Shown: positions 10,173-19,974, numbered from the stretch's first letter. The stretch: 64,000 bases of DNA from Candidatus Bathyarchaeota archaeon (GCA_963833575.1 CAWHXY010000004.1:416001-480000), one strand, 5' to 3'. A program made the numbers and translations. The notes: generated from the sequence alone by a model not told the origin.

Positions 10173-10418
10173 GTGGCTTATATGAAAAAGAAAACTATGC
10201 TCTTAATGACTGAAGAAGAGCTCTCTCTTGATTTAACGTTGCACGATGTTCCCGCCTCTCTTGTTGCCGAGTTTGCACAAAAAATCGTGAGACCTTACTA
10301 TAATGGAAACTTGAACGGTGCCATACAAGATCTAATCAACAAAGTGCTATCAGAACAGGATTACGTTTATTCGCATATAACTCACGTCAGAAAACCACCT
10401 AAACTGCAAAATAAGTAA
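10173..10418 (+). CDS. Small hypothetical protein
   Basis: 81-aa ORF; start uncertain. Confidence 0.6.
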   Translation: MAYMKKKTMLLMTEEELSLDLTLHDVPASLVAEFAQKIVRPYYNGNLNGAIQDLINKVLSEQDYVYSHITHVRKPPKLQNK

Positions 10419-10648
10419 ATTATTCTTTCTATGATATTGTGAAGAAAGCATTTTTCCCACCAAATTATTAATCAATTCAAAATTATGCCATGATTTTTTC
10501 AGTACCAACATTCAATTTGATGCTTCATCGAAGCATTTCACGTGAAGAAAAATGAAATGACACACTCAAAACGTTTCACATGAAAGCTGTCTTAAGAGGA
10601 AAGGCTTAATAGTTCTGAAGATAAAAATTTTCTTTATAGGCGTATTCT

Positions 10649-10930
10649 TTGGCGCTTTCACGAATGGAGAAGTATCTAGCCATCATCAGAGTCTTAGACA
10701 ACGAGGATTCAATAACGCAAAAACAAATCGTACTCAAGGCTGACATCAAATTATCTTCACCAAAAGAAACACTAAAGTTTTTAGTCCAACTAGAACTAAT
10801 AATCGAAAAAAGCCTTGGGAACAAGAAAGTGTATTCGATTACAGATAAAGGGCAAAAGTTGTGTGAATATTTCAGGTCCAAGGATGACGATTCGATATTC
10901 GGCGGAACCAACATAAGTCGAATTGATTAA
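10649..10930 (+). CDS. Winged-helix DNA-binding protein
   Basis: LKFLVQLELI...YSITDKG wHTH pattern. Confidence 0.8.
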   Translation: MALSRMEKYLAIIRVLDNEDSITQKQIVLKADIKLSSPKETLKFLVQLELIIEKSLGNKKVYSITDKGQKLCEYFRSKDDDSIFGGTNISRID

Positions 10931-11020
10931 AACGTTTGTTTTCCCGCTCTCATTTAATAAATCGGTATAAATCTCCATTGGAATTTCGCAAATTATTGAA
11001 GCAAGCGTAAAATGGAAAAC

Positions 11021-11329
11021 CTATTTGCCCAATTCTTGCTCTTCGTATTGCATGGACATGGCTTTGCCGTCTTCTATTATAGTAAGCGTTTTATCTAGTT
11101 GCGTAAAGAAGCTGATAACTGATGTTCCGCGAGAAGTATTTGCGTAAACTGTATTGCGTTTTCCAACCATGCGCTCTTCAATTAATCCTTGTTTAATCAA
11201 GAATTCCAAGTACCCTTTTACGGTGTTTGTTTCGACATTTGCTTCAACTGCAATATGTGATGCCTTCAGAGGCCCACTTTCTGCTAAGACCTTCAGAATG
11301 TCAACGTACATCTCTAATTTGGATCCCAT
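11021..11329 (-). CDS. Winged-helix DNA-binding protein
   Basis: SKLEMYVDILKVL...YLEFLIKQGLIEE...T.RG archaeal wHTH pattern. Confidence 0.85.
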   Translation of the reverse strand: MGSKLEMYVDILKVLAESGPLKASHIAVEANVETNTVKGYLEFLIKQGLIEERMVGKRNTVYANTSRGTSVISFFTQLDKTLTIIEDGKAMSMQYEEQELGK

Positions 11330-11520
11330 TTGTTGTTACCCGTTTTACAAGTAACCCGAAATCTGGTATTAACAATTTGTGCGTAGAAAAACTCACCCTA
11401 CGTTCGCTAAAACAAAATCATTCCAAACGAAAAATTGTCATGAAAAGCCAAACATCGTTTTGACCAAGAAACTATGACTTAATAGTTCAGATATTGCCAA
11501 AGAAACAGTTGTAACTAAAA

Positions 11521-12243
11521 TTAGATTCGTCTTGATCTTGTTTTCTGAATTTTTTCGACAGCATTTCCGGTTCCAACATAAGCGATATCTGTCAAACCAA
11601 TAAAAAACCCAGTTTCTATGACACCGGGAATCATCTTTACCGTAACCTCTAATTCGTCAGGTCTATTTATTTCACCAAAATATGAGTCCAAAATGACGTT
11701 CCCATTATCTGTTATAACTGGACCAAGCTTGCCTTTACTTTCGCGTACAACAGGTTTACCGCCAGCATCAATAATTTTTCGTTTTGCAAGTGAAATAGCA
11801 AATGGCAAAACTTCAATCGGCACAGACTGGTTATTTTCACCTAGCCGATTCACTTTTTTCTTCTCATCAGCAATTATAATGTTGAGTTTTGAGGCAGCAG
11901 CAACAATCTTTTCTCTTGCCAACGCTGCACCCATACCTTTGATTAAACTTAGTTCGGGGGTTATTTGGTCAGCACCATCAATTGTTAAGTCTATTTCTGG
12001 GTGCTCATCCAATGTTGTGATTGGAATTCCACAATCAACTGCTAACAAGAAAGCTTGATAAGAAGTTGGAATCCCCAAAACACTAAGTTTTTCATTTTTC
12101 GTGCGTTCTCCCAAAGCTTCTATGGCAAAAGCAGCTGTACTTCCGCTGCCTAAACCAACAATAAAGCCGTCTTTAACATGTTTCATCGCCTGTAAAGCTG
12201 CGTTGCGCTTGGCGTTTTGAATTGCATCAGGGTTAACTTTCAA
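11521..12243 (-). CDS. rpiA: Ribose-5-phosphate isomerase A
   Basis: GLGSGST, DGAD, KGMGAALAREK motifs. Confidence 0.95.
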   Translation of the reverse strand: MKVNPDAIQNAKRNAALQAMKHVKDGFIVGLGSGSTAAFAIEALGERTKNEKLSVLGIPTSYQAFLLAVDCGIPITTLDEHPEIDLTIDGADQITPELSLIKGMGAALAREKIVAAASKLNIIIADEKKKVNRLGENNQSVPIEVLPFAISLAKRKIIDAGGKPVVRESKGKLGPVITDNGNVILDSYFGEINRPDELEVTVKMIPGVIETGFFIGLTDIAYVGTGNAVEKIQKTRSRRI

Positions 12244-12973
12244 TTTCCATCTGCCCCAGTTTATCTAAAACTTTTTCAACTTCGCTTCTAATTGTATCTA
12301 TTCGTTTTTCAGCTTCAGTTTTAGCATCAGGTCTTTCCTCAGGCGGCTTTCGTTTCTTTTTGGGCTTTTCCTCATCCGCTTCAGTCTCTTCCTCTTCTTC
12401 AGCATCTTCAATCTTTTCCATCCGCGAAGGTGGCGTCTGATTGGGTAATCTTACAGGTATTTCTTTTATTGGTTTAACATCAATTTTGGTTCTAAGTTCA
12501 TCGACCTTAGAAGTTAATTCTCCGAAACGTTCGCTGAAGAGCTTCATTAAATCTTCTTGCATACCTTCAAGATCGTGCAAGGCAACAATAGTTTCATCTT
12601 TTGAGATAGATTCTTTGATGGACATCATTCTTGCTTTATAGCTTGCAGCAAGCTTTTCTCTTTCTTGCTCTGTAATTTTTCCTTCCGCTTGAGCTTCATA
12701 CAAGCGTCGGATTGCATCACTTAAAATTTCTCGTTCTAAATCAAGCATTCGCAACTCGTCTTTTGCGTTAGAAGCTGTGGATGTTTGAACGCTTTTTGAA
12801 ATTTTGAACGGTGAAGTGGAATAATCAAGACGTGAATCATCAGTTGTTTTTTGAGGTTTCTTTGGTTGAGGCTTTTTGCCTAATCGTCTCATGGCGTAAA
12901 TGACTATTCCAGCAGCGGCGATTATCACTACTGCAACTGCTATTACAGTTATAGGATCGTCATACCAAGCCAT
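12233..12973 (-). CDS. Membrane-anchored coiled-coil protein
   Basis: N-terminal TM helix, long charged helical body; overlaps the rpiA start. Confidence 0.8.
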   Translation of the reverse strand: MAWYDDPITVIAVAVVIIAAAGIVIYAMRRLGKKPQPKKPQKTTDDSRLDYSTSPFKISKSVQTSTASNAKDELRMLDLEREILSDAIRRLYEAQAEGKITEQEREKLAASYKARMMSIKESISKDETIVALHDLEGMQEDLMKLFSERFGELTSKVDELRTKIDVKPIKEIPVRLPNQTPPSRMEKIEDAEEEEETEADEEKPKKKRKPPEERPDAKTEAEKRIDTIRSEVEKVLDKLGQMEIES

Positions 12974-13073
12974 GCCAAGCTGTCCTCGGTATCTTGATTA
13001 TGTACCATTAATATATAAATTATACAAATTCCTTCTAGTTTTTTCGAAGTTTTAACCTTAATACCGATGTGCA

Positions 13074-13625
13074 CTATTCTATTTTGACTCGCTTAACCTG
13101 GGCTTTTTCGAGAATCCCAACAACTGGTAACGCAATAACAACCCCGATTATTCCTCCTAATACATTCCAGCCTGCCCAAACAGTTAAAGTAAACATAAGT
13201 GCAAGATTAAGAATAACGATTCCATTTACAACAGCAGCAACATAGGCGCAAACAATTGTCGTTAACACAACAATGCTGATGTTAACTGATTTTAGGTTAA
13301 CTCTGTGACGATTGACCAATAAAGCTAAATCAAATAAGAATGCCGCCGGTACAAAGCCTAATACGGGAAGCACTTGCGGATTGGCAAGAACCACAATAGC
13401 GGATCCAATAATACAGACAGCCGACGCAGCGCCATATTGACCTGTCGCCCAGATAACAAGAACAAGCATGAAAAAAATTATCAAACTGTGAACGACGGGC
13501 AAATGAAAAATAGCAAAGCCAAGCGGAGCAATTGTTAGGTTTAGAATAACCCAAAGTGCGCTGAAAATGCTGATTAGCGCGATGTTGACACTAAAACGGT
13601 TTCTTGTTGTTTGTTGGGTAACCAA
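13074..13625 (-). CDS. Integral membrane protein, ECF S-component-like
   Basis: 5-6 hydrophobic helices in 183 aa. Confidence 0.65.
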   Translation of the reverse strand: MVTQQTTRNRFSVNIALISIFSALWVILNLTIAPLGFAIFHLPVVHSLIIFFMLVLVIWATGQYGAASAVCIIGSAIVVLANPQVLPVLGFVPAAFLFDLALLVNRHRVNLKSVNISIVVLTTIVCAYVAAVVNGIVILNLALMFTLTVWAGWNVLGGIIGVVIALPVVGILEKAQVKRVKIE

Positions 13626-13776
13626 TTCAGTAACACTTCGTTAGACTTCAGCAATATCAGCAAACTAAAGTCTTTACATAACACCAGTTTAGAACAAACT
13701 AATAAATAATTAACCAAAGAAATCCCCAATAATGATGTCTTGCCAGAACACTCAACATTGACACGATCGCAGTTAA

Positions 13777-14155
13777 CTAACTACTGATGAATTAAGGATA
13801 CTGCTACTTAAAATCAGAGACAAAGCCCACTTACTTGGCCTAAAATTCTTACAGTACACACCAACGCAATACTGCAATTTTGACCCTATACAATTAGGCT
13901 TAGGCATCAAAACTTAAAGCTGCTATGATAAACGTTTGCGTTGGACCAAATGGCCAAATTTGTCCATGCCAAAGTTATTTTCAAACCTTAGGAAATATTC
14001 TTACTGATTCATGGGACAAGATTTGGGATAATCCTTTGGCGGTGAAACTCCGCAGTAGAGGTTATGTTGAACAAAAATGCAAGAGGTGTTCTCAATTGGA
14101 AGTTTGTGGTGGGGGATGCCCTTTGGAACTACAAAAACCGAGAGCATCAATGTAG
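13777..14155 (+). pseudogene. Remnant of a radical SAM/SPASM gene
   Basis: LTTDELR...YTPTQYCNFDPIQLGLGIKT*, then a frame change to AAMINVCVGPNGQICPCQSY...CKRC..LEVCGGGCP; no radical SAM core upstream. Confidence 0.7.
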
Positions 14156-14232
14156 TGAAACAGCATAATTTATCTTTTAGCAAGCCACCATTTCCTTCTT
14201 AATAGACAGCGTATTCGTGAGTTCAGAAAGAA

Positions 14233-15468
14233 ATGGGTGATATCGAGAAAACTAGGCTTGTAGTTTTTGACGTTGAAGGAGTACTTATTCCGAAAAACCG
14301 CTTCATTTTCACTGTTGGAAGAAGCTTGGGTTTCAGCAAGTTGATACAGCTACTTTTTTACGGCTTTCTATATGAATCTGGCATTGTTAAGCTGGATTCA
14401 GCATTAAGAAAAATCTTTAAAGAACTAAAAGGAGTAGAACTTGACACCTTAATGCTTATTTTTGCAACAATTCCTTCTACGCCTTACCTTCAAAATATTT
14501 TTTCTCAAATCAAAGTTAGAAATTGCAAGATAGCTTTGATTAGTTCAGGATTGCCAACTGTTATGGTTGAAAAATTAGCCATTGCCGTAGGTGCAGAATA
14601 TGCATACGGAATTGAAGTTGAAACCAAAGATGACAAGCTAACCGGTGAAATCCGTGGTGACGCCATCGAACCCAGTGGCAAACTGAAGATTCTTTGCCAA
14701 ATACTGGAAAAAGAAAAACTGAACTTAAATGACTGCGTAGTTGTTGCTGACGATAGAAACAACCGTTGCATTTTTCTGAAAGAAGCATTAAAAATTGGTT
14801 TCAACCCTGATTTTATTATACGGGTTAAAGCGGATAGGGTAGTAAACGGTACGCTTTCTGGAATCTTGCCCATCATAGATGGGAAACAACATAAACATTC
14901 TCTTCCTTCTGTTAATGATTTTGTAAGAGAAGATATCCACGCTTCAGGATTTTTTATGCCAGTTGTCGCTAGCCTCATCGGTGTTCCAGCAGTTGGTTCA
15001 ATAATTTTCGCCATTGCACTCATCTATACAATATCAGAACTTGGCCGTCTAGAAGGAAAAGAATTGCCGATAATTTCAGCAATTACGCGTCATGCCGCTA
15101 ATCAATCAGAACTGCGGGGGTTCGCCGCAGCACCATTATACTTTGCTTTTGGCATTTTGTTCACATTAGTAGTCTTTCCACATCCGGCAAGTTATGCTGC
15201 TATAGCAATGTTTTGTTTAGGTGATAGCGCGGCTTCACTTTTTGGAGGTCTTGTCTCCACATCATTGCCTTTCAATAAAGGCAAAACGTGGGAAGGTTCT
15301 TTAGCGGGTTTCTTTTTCGCTTTTTTAGCAGGGACCTTTTTTGTATCCCCATTATTGGCTTTAGCTGGAGCTGCGATTGCTATGACTATTGAAGTTCTTC
15401 CGTTGCCTATTAATGATAATGTTCTAATACCCGTTATTACTGGGGCAGTATTATCATTGTTGATCTAA
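14233..15468 (+). CDS. Fusion of a SerB-like HAD domain and a CTP-dependent dolichol/phytol kinase-like membrane domain
   Basis: FDVEGVL and LISSG HAD motifs; LGDSAASLFG, NKGKTWEGS, NDNVLIP cytidylyltransferase/kinase motifs. Confidence 0.8.
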   Translation: MGDIEKTRLVVFDVEGVLIPKNRFIFTVGRSLGFSKLIQLLFYGFLYESGIVKLDSALRKIFKELKGVELDTLMLIFATIPSTPYLQNIFSQIKVRNCKIALISSGLPTVMVEKLAIAVGAEYAYGIEVETKDDKLTGEIRGDAIEPSGKLKILCQILEKEKLNLNDCVVVADDRNNRCIFLKEALKIGFNPDFIIRVKADRVVNGTLSGILPIIDGKQHKHSLPSVNDFVREDIHASGFFMPVVASLIGVPAVGSIIFAIALIYTISELGRLEGKELPIISAITRHAANQSELRGFAAAPLYFAFGILFTLVVFPHPASYAAIAMFCLGDSAASLFGGLVSTSLPFNKGKTWEGSLAGFFFAFLAGTFFVSPLLALAGAAIAMTIEVLPLPINDNVLIPVITGAVLSLLI

Positions 15469-15937
15469 CAAAACAAGGGACTTAAGATAATCCTTAACAA
15501 AGAATTTTTTGCCTTTTTGAGTGACTATATGCCCTTCCTGCTCTAGAAGCCTCTTTTGTGATTCAAAACCGCCTGGGTATTTTTCATTCAGTAATCCGCC
15601 CGTCTTTAGAGTTCGCCAATAAGGAGTAATTTCCGTCGCTCCTTGCTGTTGTTGCTCTTCAGCAGCATGGGCGGATATCCAAACGAAAATTCCAGTAGTT
15701 AATGGGCAACCAATAGTAGTATGATGTTTGATTGCGAGGGCTGAGCGGATTTCGTTGATGGTTATCATTTTTCCTTTGGGAACTTTTTTCATTAACTGAT
15801 CCACTTCGGTTGGAGCGGGAATTACCAATGTGCCGGTGCCCCATTTTTTTGCTCATTCGTTCGCTTATTTCTTCAACTTTAGGGTAACCTTTACTATTGT
15901 TTAGTTTTTCCTGCCACGAAGGTTTCTTTGATGGCAT
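15454..15937 (-). pseudogene. MGMT/ATL-like DNA-binding protein, frameshifted at an A7 run
   Basis: Two overlapping ORFs join to ...MSKKWGTGTLVIPAP...CPLTTGIF...PYWRTL if one A of the run at 15844-15850 is removed. Confidence 0.75.
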
Positions 15938-15995
15938 AACATCACCAAGAATGTATTGCCAAGGATTTTAATGAAACTGCCTAAAAAATTATTTC

Positions 15996-16241
15996 CTACT
16001 TTGAATTAGCGAGATCAAGTTTCTGCTGATGATTTAACTTTTTTATTTCTCTTTCACGCTTCATCGCTTTGCTTCTTGAATCCAAAATTTCAACGTACGC
16101 TATCTTTTGTGGTCTATGTGATTTTGTGTATTTTGCACCTTTACCTGTTTCATGTTGTTTTATTCTTTCATCTAAATCCTTGGTATAACCAGTGTAAAAA
16201 CTCCCGTCACAGCAAAGTAGAATATAAACGTAAAATGGCAC
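15996..16241 (-). CDS. GIY-YIG nuclease family protein
   Basis: YVYIL...FYTGYT...GAKYT motifs. Confidence 0.9.
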   Translation of the reverse strand: MPFYVYILLCCDGSFYTGYTKDLDERIKQHETGKGAKYTKSHRPQKIAYVEILDSRSKAMKREREIKKLNHQQKLDLANSK

Positions 16242-16247
16242 TAAGCG

Positions 16248-16928
16248 CTAAGTCTCCTTGATTTCGCGCGGCAGATAATCGTATACAATTCCTTTTTGCA
16301 TCGCTCTCTTTAGATAAGCTTCAGGATCAATTTCTTGAACTTTTGCTCGGTCAACGTCAATAATGTAAATTTCGTGTATGCGTGCATTTCGTATTTCTTC
16401 AAGAGTCACAGGAGGTTTTTGGTAATATGCATCGACGAGATTTTTTATCTGCAATATTTCCCAGTCAGCTCTATTTCTTGGCGGCTTAGCTAACGCACGT
16501 GGAAAAGGCAAGATATAATGAGGCGGCACGCCTAAAGCAAATTTTCCAGCAAAACTACTGTACCTTATTATTTTACTTGCTAGACGTGCAGAAGTATATG
16601 TTAATGGTGCCAAAGCGTTTTCGGGAGGAATAAAACCAGTTTCAACTTCAACAATAACATTTCCAAAACCTTTTATAGCATATAAATCGCAAGTTAATAA
16701 CTCATTTAACTGATACTCAATCTGAACGCTGTAGCCTTTTTGAATGAGATACTTAGCACATACAAGCTCCATGACAGAGTGATTAATTTTTACGACATTT
16801 TCTTTTTGCAGCTTTACCAGCCAGTCTTTTAAAATCTTAAGTCCATCTGCAACTTCTTTTTCACTATCAGTTGTTAGCCTCGATAACAGTACCTTCAAAT
16901 CTTGCTCAAACTTTTGCCGGTTACTCAA
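16248..16928 (-). CDS. Conserved archaeal protein with a PD-(D/E)xK-like motif
   Basis: H..ME...E...CDLYA...VEVETG pattern. Confidence 0.65.
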   Translation of the reverse strand: MSNRQKFEQDLKVLLSRLTTDSEKEVADGLKILKDWLVKLQKENVVKINHSVMELVCAKYLIQKGYSVQIEYQLNELLTCDLYAIKGFGNVIVEVETGFIPPENALAPLTYTSARLASKIIRYSSFAGKFALGVPPHYILPFPRALAKPPRNRADWEILQIKNLVDAYYQKPPVTLEEIRNARIHEIYIIDVDRAKVQEIDPEAYLKRAMQKGIVYDYLPREIKET

Positions 16929-17096
16929 CGTTGCTTCCTTTCCGATTGATTGGCAACTATTAAACTAATTGATTTAACAATATATAAAGTCAAAAATCAA
17001 TTTTTGTGCTGCTTGCCCAGACCTTTAAAGACTAAGTTCTAACTCGCAAATAAGAAAAAGTTAAAAAGAATTTGATTTTGCTTGGAAAATATTTGT

Positions 17097-17282
17097 TCAA
17101 GTTTTCACGGTTGAAAGGACAAGCCTTGTGTAGTTAACGTCTACTTCAACTATCTTGCAATTTTTGAATTCTTTGGCTTCGCCTAGTATGTTTTTAACTA
17201 TTACGTTGTCTCCTTCAATCTTACCGTAAATTACGTCTTTGAATTGTATTTCTCCATTGAGGATTACGTTAAATTCACACAT
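17097..17282 (-). CDS. CooT-family small nickel/RNA-binding protein
   Basis: MCE start, NILGE motif, 61 aa. Confidence 0.75.
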   Translation of the reverse strand: MCEFNVILNGEIQFKDVIYGKIEGDNVIVKNILGEAKEFKNCKIVEVDVNYTRLVLSTVKT

Positions 17283-17433
17283 AATTTATCAACATGAAAA
17301 AAGAAAATTCTCGTTTATAAGGCTTTTAACAAAAAAATCGAAGTACCTACACAGACTTTAAGAAAACTTACGAGAAATAATTTTACACAAGTTGAAATAT
17401 TTCTGCAAAAGTACAAACAATTGAGAATTACAC

Positions 17434-17449
17434 CGTAAACCTTTTATTT
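17434..17449 (+). promoter_or_regulatory. Candidate BRE/TATA for the ilv leader transcript
   Basis: cgtaaaccTTTTATTT about 45-60 nt upstream of the leader ATG. Confidence 0.4.
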
Positions 17450-17494
17450 GTACAGTTATGTTCTTTTAAGGACTGGTATTTAAGAGGAATTAAG

Positions 17495-17545
17495 ATGAGG
17501 GATCGTCACCTCAATAGCTGGGATCGTCGGGTACTTATTCTTTGA
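17495..17545 (+). CDS. Putative branched-chain amino-acid leader peptide MRDRHLNSWDRRVLIL
   Basis: GAGGA SD at 17484-17488; ends in Val-Leu-Ile-Leu then TGA; 97 nt upstream of ilvB. Confidence 0.6.
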   Translation: MRDRHLNSWDRRVLIL

Positions 17546-17575
17546 TTCGCCTAGGCACCCCTCTGAAAAATTACC

Positions 17576-17600
17576 TGCAAAATTTGCAATCAATTTTTTT
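17576..17600 (+). terminator. Small hairpin plus T7 tract inside the ilvB leader
   Basis: tgcaaaatttgca (17576-17588) followed by ttttttt (17594-17600). Confidence 0.4.
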
Positions 17601-17642
17601 CAAGACGACAGCATAGATAATTTTATAAAAGGAGACCAATAA

Positions 17643-19355
17643 ATGACCAAAATGTCTGGTGCAAAAGTACTAGTAGAATCCCTTGAACAACAAAATGTGG
17701 ACGTTATATTCGGCATCTTAGGCGGAGCAATCCTGCCAGTATACGATGCGTTATGTGGCAACGAGAAAATTAGACACATACTGGCACGACATGAACAGGG
17801 AGCGGCACATGCAGCCGAAGGCTATGCCCGAGCCAGCGGTCGAGTAGGAGTATGTATGGCAACTTCAGGACCAGGAGCCACAAACTTAGTCACTGGAATA
17901 GCAAATGCATACATGGATTCTTCGCCTATGGTAGCCTTAACAGGGCAAGTTCCCTCGACAGGCGTTAACTCTTCTTACATGATTGGCAGAGACGCTTTCC
18001 AAGAAGCAGACATCATCGGCATCACCACCCCAATTACAAAGCATAATTATCAGCCTCGGGCAATTGCCGAAATCCAACCGATGGTCAATGCCGCGTTCTA
18101 CATAGCATCCTCAGGCAGACCTGGACCAGTCCTAATTGACCTGCCAAAAAATGTGCAGTCGGACGTTGCCGATGTTGAGTTAGGAGTTACAGATAAAATT
18201 GAAGGAAGGGGTTACAAACCAGCAATCAGGCCAGATTTAGTTAAAATTAGCGAAGCAGCGGGTTTGCTCGCGGAGGCAGTGGAACCATTGATACTGGCCG
18301 GCGGAGGAACAATTTCTTCTAATGCATCTGACGAACTAATGCAAATGTCCGATTTGCTAATGGCACCAGTTGCAACAACTTTCATGGGCAAAGGTGCTTT
18401 TCCTGAAGGCCATCCCTTATCGCTTGGATGCATCGGGATGCATGGAAATCCAGCCGCTAACAGACTAATTGGTGAAGCTGACGTGTTGTTAGCTGTTGGG
18501 ACAAGATTTTCTGACCGTGCAACAGCCAACTTGGACACTTTTGCGCCTAACGCTAAAAAGATTCACATAGACATTGATGCTGCAGAAATCGGCAAGAATA
18601 TTGAAGTTGACGTTCCAATTGTTGGAGACGCAAAAGTATCGTTAAAACTATTGTATGATGCCGTGACAAAGAAGCTACCCAGAATGAAAGTCAGCGCATG
18701 GTCAAAACGTGTTAAAGAAGCTAAAGAGCAGTTAAGTCCGCTGCTAAAAGAAAGACCCAAAGACCTGGTTCCCAAAGCCTTACTAACTGAGCTTAGAAAA
18801 CTGTTACCCGTGGACACCATCGTTACCACCGAAGTGGGCCAAAACCAGATGTGGTCAGCACTGTACTTCCAAGCGTTGAAACCGAGAACCTTCATAAGTT
18901 CAGGCGGATTAGGCACAATGGGTTTTGGTTTTCCAGCAGCTATAGGAGCAAAAGTTGCCTGTCCAGACAAACCCGTCGTAGACATAGCTGGTGACGGCAG
19001 CTTCATAATGACTGAGCAAGAACTTGCTTGTTCAGTAGCTGAAAAAATTCCAGTCATAGTCATTGTGCTAAACAATTCGGTGCTTGGCATGGTTGCGCAG
19101 TGGCAAAGAACTCTCTACAATCGCCGTTACATGGCAGTAAACTTGGGTAAAACACCAGATATGGTTAAGCTGGCGGAAGCTTATGGAGCACAAGGCCTGC
19201 GAGCAAACTCAATTGAAGAATTCCAAAAAGCAGTTAAGACAGCGCTAAACAGTAATGTTACAACAGTAATCGATGTGCCCATTGGCTCAGAACAGGATGT
19301 TGTTCCATTTGTGCCTCCAGGCTGCGGTTTACCACAACAAAGAGGTGACTACTAA
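17643..19355 (+). CDS. ilvB: Acetolactate synthase large subunit
   Basis: RHEQGAAH, TSGPGATN, GDGSF TPP motif. Confidence 0.97.
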   Translation: MTKMSGAKVLVESLEQQNVDVIFGILGGAILPVYDALCGNEKIRHILARHEQGAAHAAEGYARASGRVGVCMATSGPGATNLVTGIANAYMDSSPMVALTGQVPSTGVNSSYMIGRDAFQEADIIGITTPITKHNYQPRAIAEIQPMVNAAFYIASSGRPGPVLIDLPKNVQSDVADVELGVTDKIEGRGYKPAIRPDLVKISEAAGLLAEAVEPLILAGGGTISSNASDELMQMSDLLMAPVATTFMGKGAFPEGHPLSLGCIGMHGNPAANRLIGEADVLLAVGTRFSDRATANLDTFAPNAKKIHIDIDAAEIGKNIEVDVPIVGDAKVSLKLLYDAVTKKLPRMKVSAWSKRVKEAKEQLSPLLKERPKDLVPKALLTELRKLLPVDTIVTTEVGQNQMWSALYFQALKPRTFISSGGLGTMGFGFPAAIGAKVACPDKPVVDIAGDGSFIMTEQELACSVAEKIPVIVIVLNNSVLGMVAQWQRTLYNRRYMAVNLGKTPDMVKLAEAYGAQGLRANSIEEFQKAVKTALNSNVTTVIDVPIGSEQDVVPFVPPGCGLPQQRGDY

Positions 19356-19867
19356 TGGAAGATCAAAAAGCAAAAGTCATCTCCGTTCTCGTCGAAAACA
19401 AACCAGGTGTCCTTCACGGAGTCTCCAATCTCTTCCGACGTAGAAACTTTAACATCGAAAGCATCACAGTTGGACCAAGCGAACAAATTGATATAGCACG
19501 AATGACAATCACGGTCAATGGGGACGAAAAAACATTAGAACAAGTCGTTAAACAACTGGCAAAACTCATCGATGTCCTAAAAGTCGAAGAGTTAGAAGCA
19601 GGACACTTTGTGATGCGGGAACTAGCTTTAATAAAAGTTAACGTGCCCACCCCCAAAGAACGCTCAGACATCATAAACTGCGTAGAAGTCTTCAGAGGGC
19701 GAATAATCGATGTTGCAACTGACAGTTTAACCGTTGAGATTACAGGAACCCCAGATAAATTAGATGCATTCCTAAACCTAATGAAAACAACTGGCGTCAT
19801 TGAACTCGCAAGAACCGGCATAACAGCATTGGCAAGAGGAGCAAAAACAGTAAGAATAGACGAATAA
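19355..19867 (+). CDS. ilvN: Acetolactate synthase regulatory subunit
   Basis: ENKPGVL, RRNFNIES ACT domain, ELARTG. Confidence 0.95.
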   Translation: MEDQKAKVISVLVENKPGVLHGVSNLFRRRNFNIESITVGPSEQIDIARMTITVNGDEKTLEQVVKQLAKLIDVLKVEELEAGHFVMRELALIKVNVPTPKERSDIINCVEVFRGRIIDVATDSLTVEITGTPDKLDAFLNLMKTTGVIELARTGITALARGAKTVRIDE

Positions 19868-19974
19868 ATCGTTTCCTTGAACGGAAACGCTTAACTCTCA
19901 GTTTCTCAAAAATGAGAAACGCTCACAGAAGATTATTCAAAATAAATAATTATTGTAAAAAAGAGAGAACAACA

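Noticed and set aside
19912-19974. N-terminal extension of leuC as a possible leucine leader peptide
   Set aside because: In frame with leuC, only one Leu, and its ATG lies inside a hairpin; treated as an over-extended ORF call.
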